From an uncultured Planctomycetales bacterium (GTDB taxonomy: Bacteria > Omnitrophota > Gorgyraeia > Zapsychrales > JANLHA01), in NCBI GenBank assembly GCA_964489065.1, contig CAZAXH010000003.1, positions 127,104-191,103 of the forward strand: a stretch of 64,000 nt of DNA, written 5' to 3'. The notes beneath the pieces were generated by a model. The model ran no database searches. It worked only from the letters and a program-made list of their open reading frames with translations, and was not told the DNA's origin. Made by a program: the position numbers and the translations under genes. This document shows, one piece after another, positions 55,243 to 64,000 of the stretch (position 1 is the stretch's first letter; each line of letters starts with the position of its first letter).

Positions 55243-57425
55243 TTCTTTTTTTTGTCCTTGCGGTGATCGGGACTCTTTCCGCGTTCCCTTCGTTTTTGTT
55301 CCCTTTCGGTTTCTGGCCGGCCGCTTGGGTTTGTCTTATTCCTTTTTTTTTCTGCCTTGCCCGTTCGGGCGCCCTTTACCGCAGGCTTCTGACCGGCGGC
55401 CTGTTCGGCGTCTGTTTTTACGCGCTTTTAATTCGATGGTTTATTTCTTACAGCCTGCCGGGATATTTATTTTTTGTCATTGTGTTGAGTGTCCAGCCCC
55501 TGCTTTTTGCGTTTTTTTTTCCTCCTCCGTTTTCATCCAGGATATTTCGCCTTTTTTATTGGCCGGCTTTGTGGACAGGCAGTGAATATGTCCGGCAGGC
55601 TCTCCTGCGGGGTTTTTCCTGGAATCTCGGGTGTTCTCAGTCCTTTAACCTGTATGTGTTGCAGTGGGCCAGCCTGGGCGGGTCGTTTCTGCTTTCATTT
55701 TTTTTGGTTCTGTGCAACACCTGTTTTTATGAAATGGCGGAGGCGAAGGAGCGGCGGTTATTTTATATAAAAATGCTGGCCGCGGTCAATCTGCTGGCCT
55801 GGGCCGGGGGGGCGGCGCAATATTATTTTTTGTCCGGGGCCCCGGTGCGTGAGCCGCCGGTGCGCGCGGCGGTTGTGCAGGCGGCGGCTGACCCCCGCGA
55901 AAAACTCGACGCCGATCGGGTGAGCCGTTTTGTCGGAGCCCATGTCCGCCTGTCGTTCGCGCGGGACCCTTTTTCCTCCGTCGACATGATCGTGTGGCCG
56001 GAGACCGCGGTTCCGCTGGATCCCCGGCAGGACATTTTCTTGATGGGGACTGTTGTCGAGATGTGCCGCCGTCAGGGTGCCGGCGTCTTAACCGGCATGG
56101 CGTGGGAGGACGATGAAGGCCGTTTGTATAACGGGGCGGCCTGGATTGGCCCGACGGGAGAGTTTTTTGAAGTGTACCGGAAGCAATATTTAGTCCCTTT
56201 TAGCGAGGAACAGCCTTGGCCCGGACGGCGGCTTGGGGCGTTTATTGAAGAGAACTGGGGTAAGAACGCGTATCATTTTACGCGGGGGGAGGGGCTGGGG
56301 GTGTTGCCCTTGTCTTTCATTCGCCCGGGACTGTCCGGATCCGTGGGGCTGGCTATTTGTTCGGAAGACACCGTGAGCGCCCTGTTTCGGAAGTACGCGC
56401 ACGCCGGGGTTGATTTGATGATCGTGCTTCTGAATGATGGCTGGTTTCAAGATTCGACCGCCTTGATTCAGCACGCGCAGAATTCAATTTTGCGGGCGGT
56501 TGAAATCCGCCGCCCGGTTTTACGGGCCGCCAATAGCGGATGGACCTGTCTGATTGATCCTCGCGGACGCGTGCTTCCCCTTTCGGAAACGGGCTTGATG
56601 GAAGCCGGCGCAGGCGTTTTTGAGTTGGTGCCCTTTTCAGGCCGGGCCCCGTATGTTTTTATCGGAGACTCCTTTTGCATTTTATTGACAGCGTTTGTTA
56701 TAATAAGCCTATTATTATCTAGAGTAAAAAAAATAGAGAATAGGGTTATGAGAAAATTCTTAAGCCTGTTGGCGATATCAGTGTGTTGCTTCTCCTTCCC
56801 TTTGTTTTCGGAAGCCGGCGGGGTGGCGGCCCGGAAACAGCAGGGAGTCAGGGTGCATCCCCAGGTTCAGGTTCAGCCGTCTTCACCCGGACGGCCCGGG
56901 GTTTGGCCGGCCAGCTCTTCCGGGAACCAGTCCCAAGAGAGGGAAGAAGCGCAGGCGACCCCCGCGCCGTCATTGATCCCGAAACAATCTTATCCCGAAA
57001 GCCGGGTTTTGACCAGCGCGGCAGGCCGGGCCGGAGGACAGATTATCGGGAGCGTGGCGGCGGACGCGGACATGACTGTTGAAGAAAGTCTGATCCAGCT
57101 TTTGGCCCTGCTGGAGCAATCCAGTGAAATCTGGACGCAAATCAGCGATGTTAATTATAAAGTTCTGGTGGTTTCCCAGCATATAGAACGCTACCGGCAG
57201 GAGGGGACGCTGATCCGTAAACCCCCGGTGTATTACGCGCAGTTTATCACGAGCATGGGGGAAGGGAATCCGGCGCTTTTGTCCCGGCCGTTTTCAGAGC
57301 TTTTACGGCTGGCCGCGATTATGGACTATGACTTTGAGACCGGGCAGAACAAAGACGCGCTGGCGCGCTCAGTCCTCGGCGATGAAATGTACCGGGCTAA
57401 CCGGAAACGGCTGGGGATGCCATGA
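55239..57425 (+). CDS. lnt: Apolipoprotein N-acyltransferase (Lnt) fused in-frame, with no stop, to a C-terminal TM segment plus an exported domain (X1, from about 56749)
   Basis: Multi-TM N-terminus, CN-hydrolase domain with E...K...C triad context (WPETAVP, LAICSEDT) and a terminal TM, then MRKFLSLLAISVCCFSFPLFS plus a roughly 200-aa domain homologous to 59168..59785. ATGA overlap with the cupin stop supports the start at 55239. Confidence 0.7.
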   Translation: MILFFVLAVIGTLSAFPSFLFPFGFWPAAWVCLIPFFFCLARSGALYRRLLTGGLFGVCFYALLIRWFISYSLPGYLFFVIVLSVQPLLFAFFFPPPFSSRIFRLFYWPALWTGSEYVRQALLRGFSWNLGCSQSFNLYVLQWASLGGSFLLSFFLVLCNTCFYEMAEAKERRLFYIKMLAAVNLLAWAGGAAQYYFLSGAPVREPPVRAAVVQAAADPREKLDADRVSRFVGAHVRLSFARDPFSSVDMIVWPETAVPLDPRQDIFLMGTVVEMCRRQGAGVLTGMAWEDDEGRLYNGAAWIGPTGEFFEVYRKQYLVPFSEEQPWPGRRLGAFIEENWGKNAYHFTRGEGLGVLPLSFIRPGLSGSVGLAICSEDTVSALFRKYAHAGVDLMIVLLNDGWFQDSTALIQHAQNSILRAVEIRRPVLRAANSGWTCLIDPRGRVLPLSETGLMEAGAGVFELVPFSGRAPYVFIGDSFCILLTAFVIISLLLSRVKKIENRVMRKFLSLLAISVCCFSFPLFSEAGGVAARKQQGVRVHPQVQVQPSSPGRPGVWPASSSGNQSQEREEAQATPAPSLIPKQSYPESRVLTSAAGRAGGQIIGSVAADADMTVEESLIQLLALLEQSSEIWTQISDVNYKVLVVSQHIERYRQEGTLIRKPPVYYAQFITSMGEGNPALLSRPFSELLRLAAIMDYDFETGQNKDALARSVLGDEMYRANRKRLGMP

Positions 57426-57459
57426 GGGGCCGTGAGGACCGGGAAAGGCCGGGTGTCCG

Positions 57460-59181
57460 ATGAAAAGGCTTGGGAGCGGGCTTCCTCTTTCTGGGGCGTA
57501 TGGTGCGTTTGTCATTATTTTTATTGTTCTGATGACGGTCTGGTTGGCACGGACAACGTATTATATCAACGCCTGGCCGTCGGACTCCGCGGCGTCGTAT
57601 ATTCCAACCGCGGAGAAGCTGTTTGAGATGCGCTTTTTTTCGCAGATGCATGACCTGCATCTGCACGGATTAAGCAAACTTAATATGCGGGGGAAAGAAG
57701 CGCTTGTCGTGGCCATCGCGGTCCTGCAGAGGCTTCTCGGAGACACAAAAAGCCTTTATCCGAATATCCTGCTTTTAATTTTGTCCGCGGGGCTTTCCGC
57801 TGGGCTTCTGTTCCTGATTTTTAAAAGGATTTTTAACGCCGCCGTCGGGTTTGTTGCATTTGTGCTTTTCGCCTGCAGTTTCTGGCCGTATATGTATGTC
57901 CTGCTGGGCGCCCATCAGCCCCTGGTCCTCTGCAATTTTCTTCTTTCATTTTTTTTCCTGCAGCGTGCGGGGCAAAAACGAGTTTATCCTTTTTTGGGCG
58001 GGCTGTTTTTCGGGCTGGTCTTTTTTTCTTCTCCCACGGCCATTATGTATATGCCGTATTACGGGCTGTTGTTGTTGACGGATACTCTGGGCTTCCGTCC
58101 GTCCAGGGTTTTTTCCGCTGAAGCCGGCCGGCATTTTTTGTTTTTTTGCTCCGGCCTGGCCGTCGTGCTGTTGGCGTTCACGCTGCCGCGGCCTTTAGAG
58201 AGCCTGAAGATGTTTATTATTTATGTGTTTTTGAGCCGGGGGGGGAACCATTTTCAGCATTACGGGGATTATCTGAGCCGGTTTTTCCCGGTGCCGGTTT
58301 TTTTCCGGGGCGGCGGATGGCTTTGGATTATTAAATATTTCATGCTGACCATGCCAGTCCTGTTTGCCGCCTGCGGGGGGAGCGTGGCCTACCTTCTGGC
58401 GTGTTCGACCAAACCCCGAAAGACGCTTATGCTGATTCTCCTCGGGCTATCAACGCCCTTGGCGGTGGAGATCATCCAGGTGGCCCAGTTCGGCCGGAAT
58501 TATTTTTCCTGGTTTTTCGGCATGATTTTTTTGGTCTGCGCGGCGGCGGGTCATTATATGGACAGCCATTCCCCTTTTTCCTGGAAAAAACACCGGGCCT
58601 TTTCCGCGATTTTGGCGGTGGTTCTGGCGTGTCACGTTATTTTTAACGCGAAGGTCTTTTTTCAAGATGTCCTGCCGTCCCGTTTGGCCACGACATACGC
58701 GTATGCGTGGCTTTACCAGCGGAACATTGGACAGGTTCTGGTTTACCAGGAGCATCACAGCAACACGTTTGCGGCGGATGTCCTGAATAATCCCAAAGTG
58801 CCGGCAAAAATTAAGTTTTTGGGCATCACGTCTTTTCTACAGGCCCGGGAGGGATATGTCCTTTTGCCGGGGACCAGCGGGACGACGATTTGGAATGATT
58901 GTTCCCGCGGCCCTTTTACCGGCGATCCGGCCCTGCAGGCGATCATTGCGGCCGGGCTTCTGCCGGAATGCGCCGTAGCCCGGTTTCATACGGTGGCGTC
59001 GAGCCGGTACTGGCCGCAGGAAGAAGAAGTCTGTACTTACCGGGACCTTATGCTGGGGCAGGTGTCGGAGGCGGACCGGCGCCTGAGTGAAATTTATATC
59101 CTGGACGTGGCGCGGTTGCGGAAAGTGTACACGGAACAAATTTTAAAAAACAGGGCAGAGGAAAATTATGATAAACAATAA
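57460..59181 (+). CDS. GT-C-fold polytopic membrane glycosyltransferase-like protein, distant paralog 3
   Basis: 573 aa, about 12 TM; middle blocks resemble paralogs 1 and 2 (…FNAAVGFVAFVLFACSFWPYMYVLLGAHQP…). Confidence 0.45.
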   Translation: MKRLGSGLPLSGAYGAFVIIFIVLMTVWLARTTYYINAWPSDSAASYIPTAEKLFEMRFFSQMHDLHLHGLSKLNMRGKEALVVAIAVLQRLLGDTKSLYPNILLLILSAGLSAGLLFLIFKRIFNAAVGFVAFVLFACSFWPYMYVLLGAHQPLVLCNFLLSFFFLQRAGQKRVYPFLGGLFFGLVFFSSPTAIMYMPYYGLLLLTDTLGFRPSRVFSAEAGRHFLFFCSGLAVVLLAFTLPRPLESLKMFIIYVFLSRGGNHFQHYGDYLSRFFPVPVFFRGGGWLWIIKYFMLTMPVLFAACGGSVAYLLACSTKPRKTLMLILLGLSTPLAVEIIQVAQFGRNYFSWFFGMIFLVCAAAGHYMDSHSPFSWKKHRAFSAILAVVLACHVIFNAKVFFQDVLPSRLATTYAYAWLYQRNIGQVLVYQEHHSNTFAADVLNNPKVPAKIKFLGITSFLQAREGYVLLPGTSGTTIWNDCSRGPFTGDPALQAIIAAGLLPECAVARFHTVASSRYWPQEEEVCTYRDLMLGQVSEADRRLSEIYILDVARLRKVYTEQILKNRAEENYDKQ

Positions 59182-59785
59182 CGTTCGTCAGGCGGGCTGG
59201 TGCCTTGAGGTTCTCAGCCTTTGGTGCATGCTGATCATTCTCCTCGTCTTTCTTCAGGGACGGGCTTTGGCCGGCGGTGCGGCGGCTATGAAAAAACAAC
59301 AGGGACCGCAAATGATGCAGCAGAAGATTTTGCAGGAAACGGCGAAGCAGGAACAGGTGGCCCAACAGTATATGGCTTTCCGGGAACAACAGGCCAAGAC
59401 CAGCGTTTTGTCTGCCGAGCAGTTGGGCGTACAGGCGGAAGCGGATTTTTCCGATGTTATTCAGGCTTTATTAAAAACGAGCCGCGCCTGGGCCCTGATG
59501 GTGGACGCGGAGGCGAAAGAAGCGGTGGTTGCTTATTTTTTAAAAGAGTTCCGCGGGAAAGGGATTGTGATTCAGAAGCCGGCGTGGTATTATGTCGGTC
59601 TCATTGATTCGATGTCCCGGGAATCTCCGGACATGCTGACCCAGCCTTTTGACCGGGTGCTGCAGATCGTGGCGATTGTCGAGTATGATTATGAAAACGG
59701 CCAGGATAAGGACATGCTGGCTTATCAGATTTTGGGCAGCAAGGAAGCCGTGATTCAGAACCGGCAGCGGCTGGGGCTTCCCTGA
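59168..59785 (+). CDS. Exported protein X2, paralog of the Lnt-fused C-terminal domain
   Basis: Signal peptide, Q-rich linker, conserved C-terminal block WYYVGLIDSM...QPF...VEYDYENGQDKDMLAYQILG...QNRQRLGLP matching YYAQFITSM...MDYDFETGQNKDALARSVLG...ANRKRLGMP. Confidence 0.55.
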   Translation: MINNNVRQAGWCLEVLSLWCMLIILLVFLQGRALAGGAAAMKKQQGPQMMQQKILQETAKQEQVAQQYMAFREQQAKTSVLSAEQLGVQAEADFSDVIQALLKTSRAWALMVDAEAKEAVVAYFLKEFRGKGIVIQKPAWYYVGLIDSMSRESPDMLTQPFDRVLQIVAIVEYDYENGQDKDMLAYQILGSKEAVIQNRQRLGLP

Positions 59786-59790
59786 TCGGG

Positions 59791-60687
59791 GTGAACAGAA
59801 TGACGGATGAAGGTATTTTAAAAACGCTTTTGACCATTGTTGAGCAGGGCGGGCGTCTGGCCGGGAGCATGATTCATGACAGTCGGCCCTCTTTGAAGCC
59901 GGACCAGTCGGTTTTGACACAGGCGGACAAGGCGGTTTCCGCTCTTACGCGGGACAGTCTGCGAGAATATCTGGCCTCCGGCAATCATGTTTTGATTGAT
60001 GAAGAAGACCCTGCAAGCGCCAGTCTTTTTGACCCGGTGATGTCCGGCGCCTATAAATATGTTTGGTCCCTGGACCCGGTAGACGGAACCAGGGCGTATT
60101 CCAACCAGATGCCGGTCTACGGCGTGTCTTTGGGAATCATGCGGGACGGCCAGCCGTGGATGGGGGCGGTTTTTTTCCCCTCTCTACAGGAATTGTATTA
60201 TTGCGACGGCTCTCGGGCTTTTTTTGTCAGGGATGCTTTTTCTCCCGCGGCCACGGAACACCCGATCATCCCGCTGGATCAGGACATTACGCCGCAATCG
60301 GTTTTCTTGTCTTCCGATCATTTTTTGTGCCGGTACCGGTGGGACCAGGATTTTTGCCAGATTATGATGCCGACCGTGGCCGTGGTGGAGCTATGCTGGC
60401 CCGCGGTCGGCCGGGGGTGCGGCAGTTACTTCGAAGCCAATCTTTGGGATTTTGCCGGGGCCTGGCCGGTGTTTCGAGCCGCCGGTCTGGAGCTCCGTTC
60501 CTGCAAGACAGGCCGGGTTCTGGATAGTTTGCGGAGAGACGCTTTTCGCGGGCAGGGACCAAAAACCTGGCGGATGAGCGGTGATTATATTTTATCTTCC
60601 GGTCGTAATTATCCCCTGATCAAAAAACACATGAAGCCGTTTCCTGCCTGGCTTAGGGCGGCCTGGAAAGCGCCCTGGACAGGATAA
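59791..60687 (+). CDS. Inositol monophosphatase-family (FIG superfamily) phosphatase
   Basis: WSLDPVDGT motif and downstream metal-binding region. Confidence 0.7.
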   Translation: MNRMTDEGILKTLLTIVEQGGRLAGSMIHDSRPSLKPDQSVLTQADKAVSALTRDSLREYLASGNHVLIDEEDPASASLFDPVMSGAYKYVWSLDPVDGTRAYSNQMPVYGVSLGIMRDGQPWMGAVFFPSLQELYYCDGSRAFFVRDAFSPAATEHPIIPLDQDITPQSVFLSSDHFLCRYRWDQDFCQIMMPTVAVVELCWPAVGRGCGSYFEANLWDFAGAWPVFRAAGLELRSCKTGRVLDSLRRDAFRGQGPKTWRMSGDYILSSGRNYPLIKKHMKPFPAWLRAAWKAPWTG

Positions 60688-60804
60688 AATGAGGGGGAAA
60701 AGGGGCGTTTTTGATGATCGAGGGAATTAAAAAGTATCTTTTTAAAAAGCGGAAATAAGTAGTTTTGTCGTCGATAACTAAGCGGGGAGCCTGTGGGATA
60801 ACCC

Positions 60805-60832
60805 TTGACAAAAAGTCTTAAAATGCTATATT
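60805..60832 (+). promoter_or_regulatory. Sigma70-type promoter upstream of carA (TTGACA-16-TATATT)
   Basis: TTGACA 60805-60810, TATATT 60827-60832, about 55 nt before the carA start. Confidence 0.5.
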
Positions 60833-60888
60833 GATGCAGGCTCCCAAAAGAAGGGTCTTGCCTGAATTCCTCAACCTTTGAATCACAC

Positions 60889-62001
60889 ATGAAAGAAGCG
60901 ATTTTATATCTGGAAGACGGTACGAGCTTTAGAGGTCGTACGCTCGGGACCACCGGAGAGACTGCAGGAGAAGTGGTTTTTAACACTTCCATGACAGGCT
61001 ATCAGGAAATTTTAACCGATCCATCCTATGCCGGGCAGATTGTCGTGATGACGTATCCGCTGATTGGCAACTACGGGGTGAATGAGGAGGACGTGGAGTC
61101 CAAGGGCGTTCATGTGAAAGGTTTTATCGTAAAGGAGTTCTGCCGCCGGCATTCCAATTTTCGGGCAAAACAAAGCCTGGGTGACTATCTTGATGAACAC
61201 CGCATTATCGCGATGGAAGGAATAGACACGCGAAAACTAACCCGTCATCTGCGCCTGCGGGGAGCGATGAAGGGGCTTATTTCAACGGAAGATTTTAACC
61301 CGCAGAGCTTAGCGGAAAAATTGTCCAAAGTCCCATCTATGTCCGGCAGTGACTGGGTCAAGGAGGTGTCGGCCCCGGAAAAATATGTGTGGCCGGTTGA
61401 CGCGTCTTCAGGAGGTCCAGGCTGTAGAGTGGCGGCGCTTGACTGCGGGATTAAATTTAATATTTTAAGGATTTTAGCCGGATTGGGTTGTGAGGTCCAT
61501 GTTTTCCCGGCCCGGGCTACTTATGAGCAGATTATGGCTGTCCGCCCGGATGGCCTTTTTCTTTCCAACGGCCCCGGGGATCCGGCGGCCCTGGATTATG
61601 TGATCGGGACCGTGCGTCAATTTATCGGTAAACTGCCGATATTTGGCATCTGCCTCGGGCACCAGATTCTTGGGCTGGCGCTCGGCGGCCAGACTTATAA
61701 GCTGAAATTCGGGCATCACGGCGCCAATCATCCGGTGAGGGACGAGCGGGACAGTCGTATCGGGATTACGTCCCAGAACCACGGTTTTTGCGTGGATTTG
61801 AAGACGCTCCCGCAGGACGATGTGGAGCTTATCGCGTTGAATTTAAACGACCGGACCGTTGAAGGGATCTGCCACCGGAAATTTCCCATTTATTCGGTTC
61901 AACATCATCCGGAGGCGGCGCCCGGGCCGCATGACGCGCAGTACCTGTTCCGGGACTTTGTCGCCATGATGAAGCAGCATAAGGACGCTGTGAATTCGTA
62001 A
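60889..62001 (+). CDS. carA: Carbamoyl-phosphate synthase small (glutaminase) subunit
   Basis: CarA N-terminal domain (LYLEDGTSFRG) and GATase active site GICLGHQ. Confidence 0.9.
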   Translation: MKEAILYLEDGTSFRGRTLGTTGETAGEVVFNTSMTGYQEILTDPSYAGQIVVMTYPLIGNYGVNEEDVESKGVHVKGFIVKEFCRRHSNFRAKQSLGDYLDEHRIIAMEGIDTRKLTRHLRLRGAMKGLISTEDFNPQSLAEKLSKVPSMSGSDWVKEVSAPEKYVWPVDASSGGPGCRVAALDCGIKFNILRILAGLGCEVHVFPARATYEQIMAVRPDGLFLSNGPGDPAALDYVIGTVRQFIGKLPIFGICLGHQILGLALGGQTYKLKFGHHGANHPVRDERDSRIGITSQNHGFCVDLKTLPQDDVELIALNLNDRTVEGICHRKFPIYSVQHHPEAAPGPHDAQYLFRDFVAMMKQHKDAVNS

Positions 62002-62042
62002 AAGATATGCGGCGCAATAAAACTGTTGATATTCAAGTCATG

Positions 62043-64000
62043 AGAAACCGTTATGCCAAAAAGAACGGATATTAAAAAAATTTTGCTTCTCGGGTCCGGA
62101 CCGATTGTGATCGGCCAGGCCTGTGAATTTGACTATTCCGGGACTCAGGCGTGCAAGGCTTTGAAGGAAGAGGGGTTTGAAATCGTATTGGCGAATTCAA
62201 ACCCGGCGACGATTATGACCGACCCGGAGATAGCCGACCACACGTATATTGAGCCTCTGACCCCGGAATATATCGAATATATCATCCGCGAAGAGCGGCC
62301 GGATGCCATTCTGCCCACCTTAGGCGGGCAGACGGCTTTGAATATCGCCATGAAACTTTGTGAAAACGGTGTTCTGGACAAATACAAGGTGATCCTGATC
62401 GGCGCGGATTACGCCACGATCAAGAAGGCTGAGGACCGGGAAGAGTTTAAGAAAGCGGTTTTGCGGGCCGGCCTGGATGTGCCCCGCAGTACGTTCGCCC
62501 GCACCCTGGAGGAGGCCTGGCAGGCTGTCCGGGACCTCGGGTATCCGCTGATTATCCGGCCGTCTTACACGCTGGGCGGGACCGGTGGCGGAATCGCATC
62601 TACGGATGAGGAATTTGAGGCCATTGCTTCTCTGGGGATGGAAAGCAGCATGATTCATGAGATTTTGATTGAGGAGTCCATTGAAGGATGGAAGGAATAT
62701 GAATTGGAAGTTATGAGGGACAATAAAGACAATGTCGTTATTATTTGTTCGATTGAAAATCTTGACCCGATGGGCGTGCATACCGGCGATAGCGTGACTG
62801 TCGCGCCGGCCCAGACTCTGACCGACCGGGAATATCAGAAAATGCGCGACGCCTCTTTAGCCTTGATCCGCGAGATCGGCGTGGAAACAGGCGGTTCCAA
62901 CATTCAGTTCGCCGTGGACCCGGGCAACGGCCGCATGGTTGTCATTGAAATGAACCCCCGGGTGTCCCGGAGTTCGGCTTTGGCCAGCAAGGCGACCGGG
63001 TTTCCTATCGCCAAATTCGCCGCTAAACTGGCGGTCGGTTACTCCCTAGATGAAATTCAGAACGATATTACGCGGGAAACCCCGGCTTCGTTTGAGCCAA
63101 GCATCGATTACTGCGTGGTGAAGGCCCCGCGATTCACGTTTGAAAAGTTTCCGGAAGCCAAAGATATCCTTGGCGTGCAGATGAAATCCGTCGGGGAGAC
63201 CATGGCGATCGGCCGGACTTTTAAGGAAGCCCTGCAGAAAGCGCTCCGGGGCCTGGAGATCGGCCATGCTGGACTGGATAATCGGCTGGATTACCGGAAT
63301 ATCCCGGATGAAAAAATACTCCTGCGCCTGAAGGAACCCAACGCTTCCAGGATTTTTTATGTCAAGTACGCCCTGCAAAAAGGGATGACGGTTGATCAGG
63401 TCGCCGGCATCAGCCGGATTGATCCTTGGTTTATTGACCAGATCGCGCAGATCCTGGATATGGAACGGGAGATCGTCCGGGTGATAAAAGCCGAAAAGGC
63501 TATCCCTGATCCCCTCCTGCGCCGGGCAAAAGAATACGGGTTCAGCGACGTGCAGTTGGCGAAGATGCTGGGGGGCACGGAAGTGGAGGTCCGGCGCCAG
63601 CGCAAGGAAAAAGGGATTGTCGCCACGTTTAAGCAGGTGGATACCTGCGCGGCCGAATTTGAGGCGCACACGCCGTATTTTTATTCAACGTATGAACAGG
63701 AGGACGAGTCGGGTCTGGAGACTCGTAAAGAGGAAGAGACTTCTCGCCGGCCCCGGAAAAAAATTGTTATCTTGGGCGGAGGTCCCAACAGGATCGGCCA
63801 GGGAATCGAATTCGATTATTGCTGCTGCCACGCGGCCTTCGCGTTGAAGGACATGGGGTTTGAAACGATTATGGTGAACTCCAACCCGGAAACGGTGTCC
63901 ACGGATTATGATATTTCCGACCGGTTGTATTTTGAGCCGTTGACCTTTGAAGATGTCATGAATATTATTGATGTGGAACAGCCAGAAGGCGTGCTTGTTC
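62043..64000 (+). CDS. carB: Carbamoyl-phosphate synthase large subunit (5' partial, runs off the window end)
   Basis: [33 protein letters not shown]... ATP-grasp repeats; no stop before 64000, and not listed in the ORF track because it is open-ended. Confidence 0.9.

Noticed and set aside
1-64000. CRISPR arrays, tRNA/rRNA genes, transposases, integrases or phage genes
   Set aside because: No regularly spaced short repeats, no tRNA cloverleaf candidates in intergenic gaps, and no ORF with transposase or integrase motifs were seen. R1 and R2 are too few, too long and irregularly spaced to be CRISPR.

Overview
This 64 kb window is a gene-dense chromosomal segment from a diderm bacterium (Lnt, DsbA-like protein, Na+-NQR and many lipoprotein or exported proteins). 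GC is about 50% and no rRNA, tRNA, CRISPR or transposase was found. Nearly all supported genes (about 60) lie on the + strand. The only convincing minus-strand gene is a PAS-PAS-GAF-GGDEF diguanylate cyclase at 22195..24000.

In order, the recognisable content is:
(1) A patatin-like phospholipase and an exported nitroreductase-family protein.
(2) A complete Pho regulon, phoB-phoR-pstS-pstC-pstA-pstB1-pstB2-phoU, with a Pho-box-like direct repeat upstream of pstS. The two PstB copies carry complementary degenerate ATPase motifs.
(3) A lar-like cluster: larE and larB (no larC or larA seen), then a cupin, a SAM methyltransferase, a radical-SAM/SPASM enzyme and a Trp/Gly-rich membrane protein.
(4) glnS, preceded by two tandem copies of a roughly 125-nt structured intergenic element that recurs between glnK and the second amt gene.
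(5) Signalling and transport genes: a flavin reductase-like protein, receiver proteins, a CDF transporter, an MCP and a DsbA-like protein.
(6) Three paralogous GT-C-type polytopic membrane proteins (about 520-570 aa), each with accessory genes: a DsbA-like protein; a GT2 plus a TPR protein; and Lnt with a duplicated exported domain.
(7) A Pta-N-like (DRTGG) protein and a thiolase, directly followed by a complete nqrABCDEF operon.
(8) ktrB-ktrA behind a roughly 400-nt leader.
(9) A nitrogen-assimilation island led by a GAF-GAF-ANTAR regulator: a promoter, two tandem intrinsic terminators in the leader, amt, a PII protein (glnK), amt, a micro-ORF, type III glutamine synthetase (glnN), a GATase1 and glutamine-dependent nadE.
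(10) An inositol-monophosphatase-family protein, carA and a partial carB.

A second roughly 80-nt repeat family has three copies, two flanking a small exported-protein gene and one upstream of glnN. The most interesting candidates for something undescribed are the lar-like rSAM cluster, the ANTAR-controlled nitrogen leader, the two intergenic RNA-like repeat families, and the GT-C paralog modules including an Lnt fusion.
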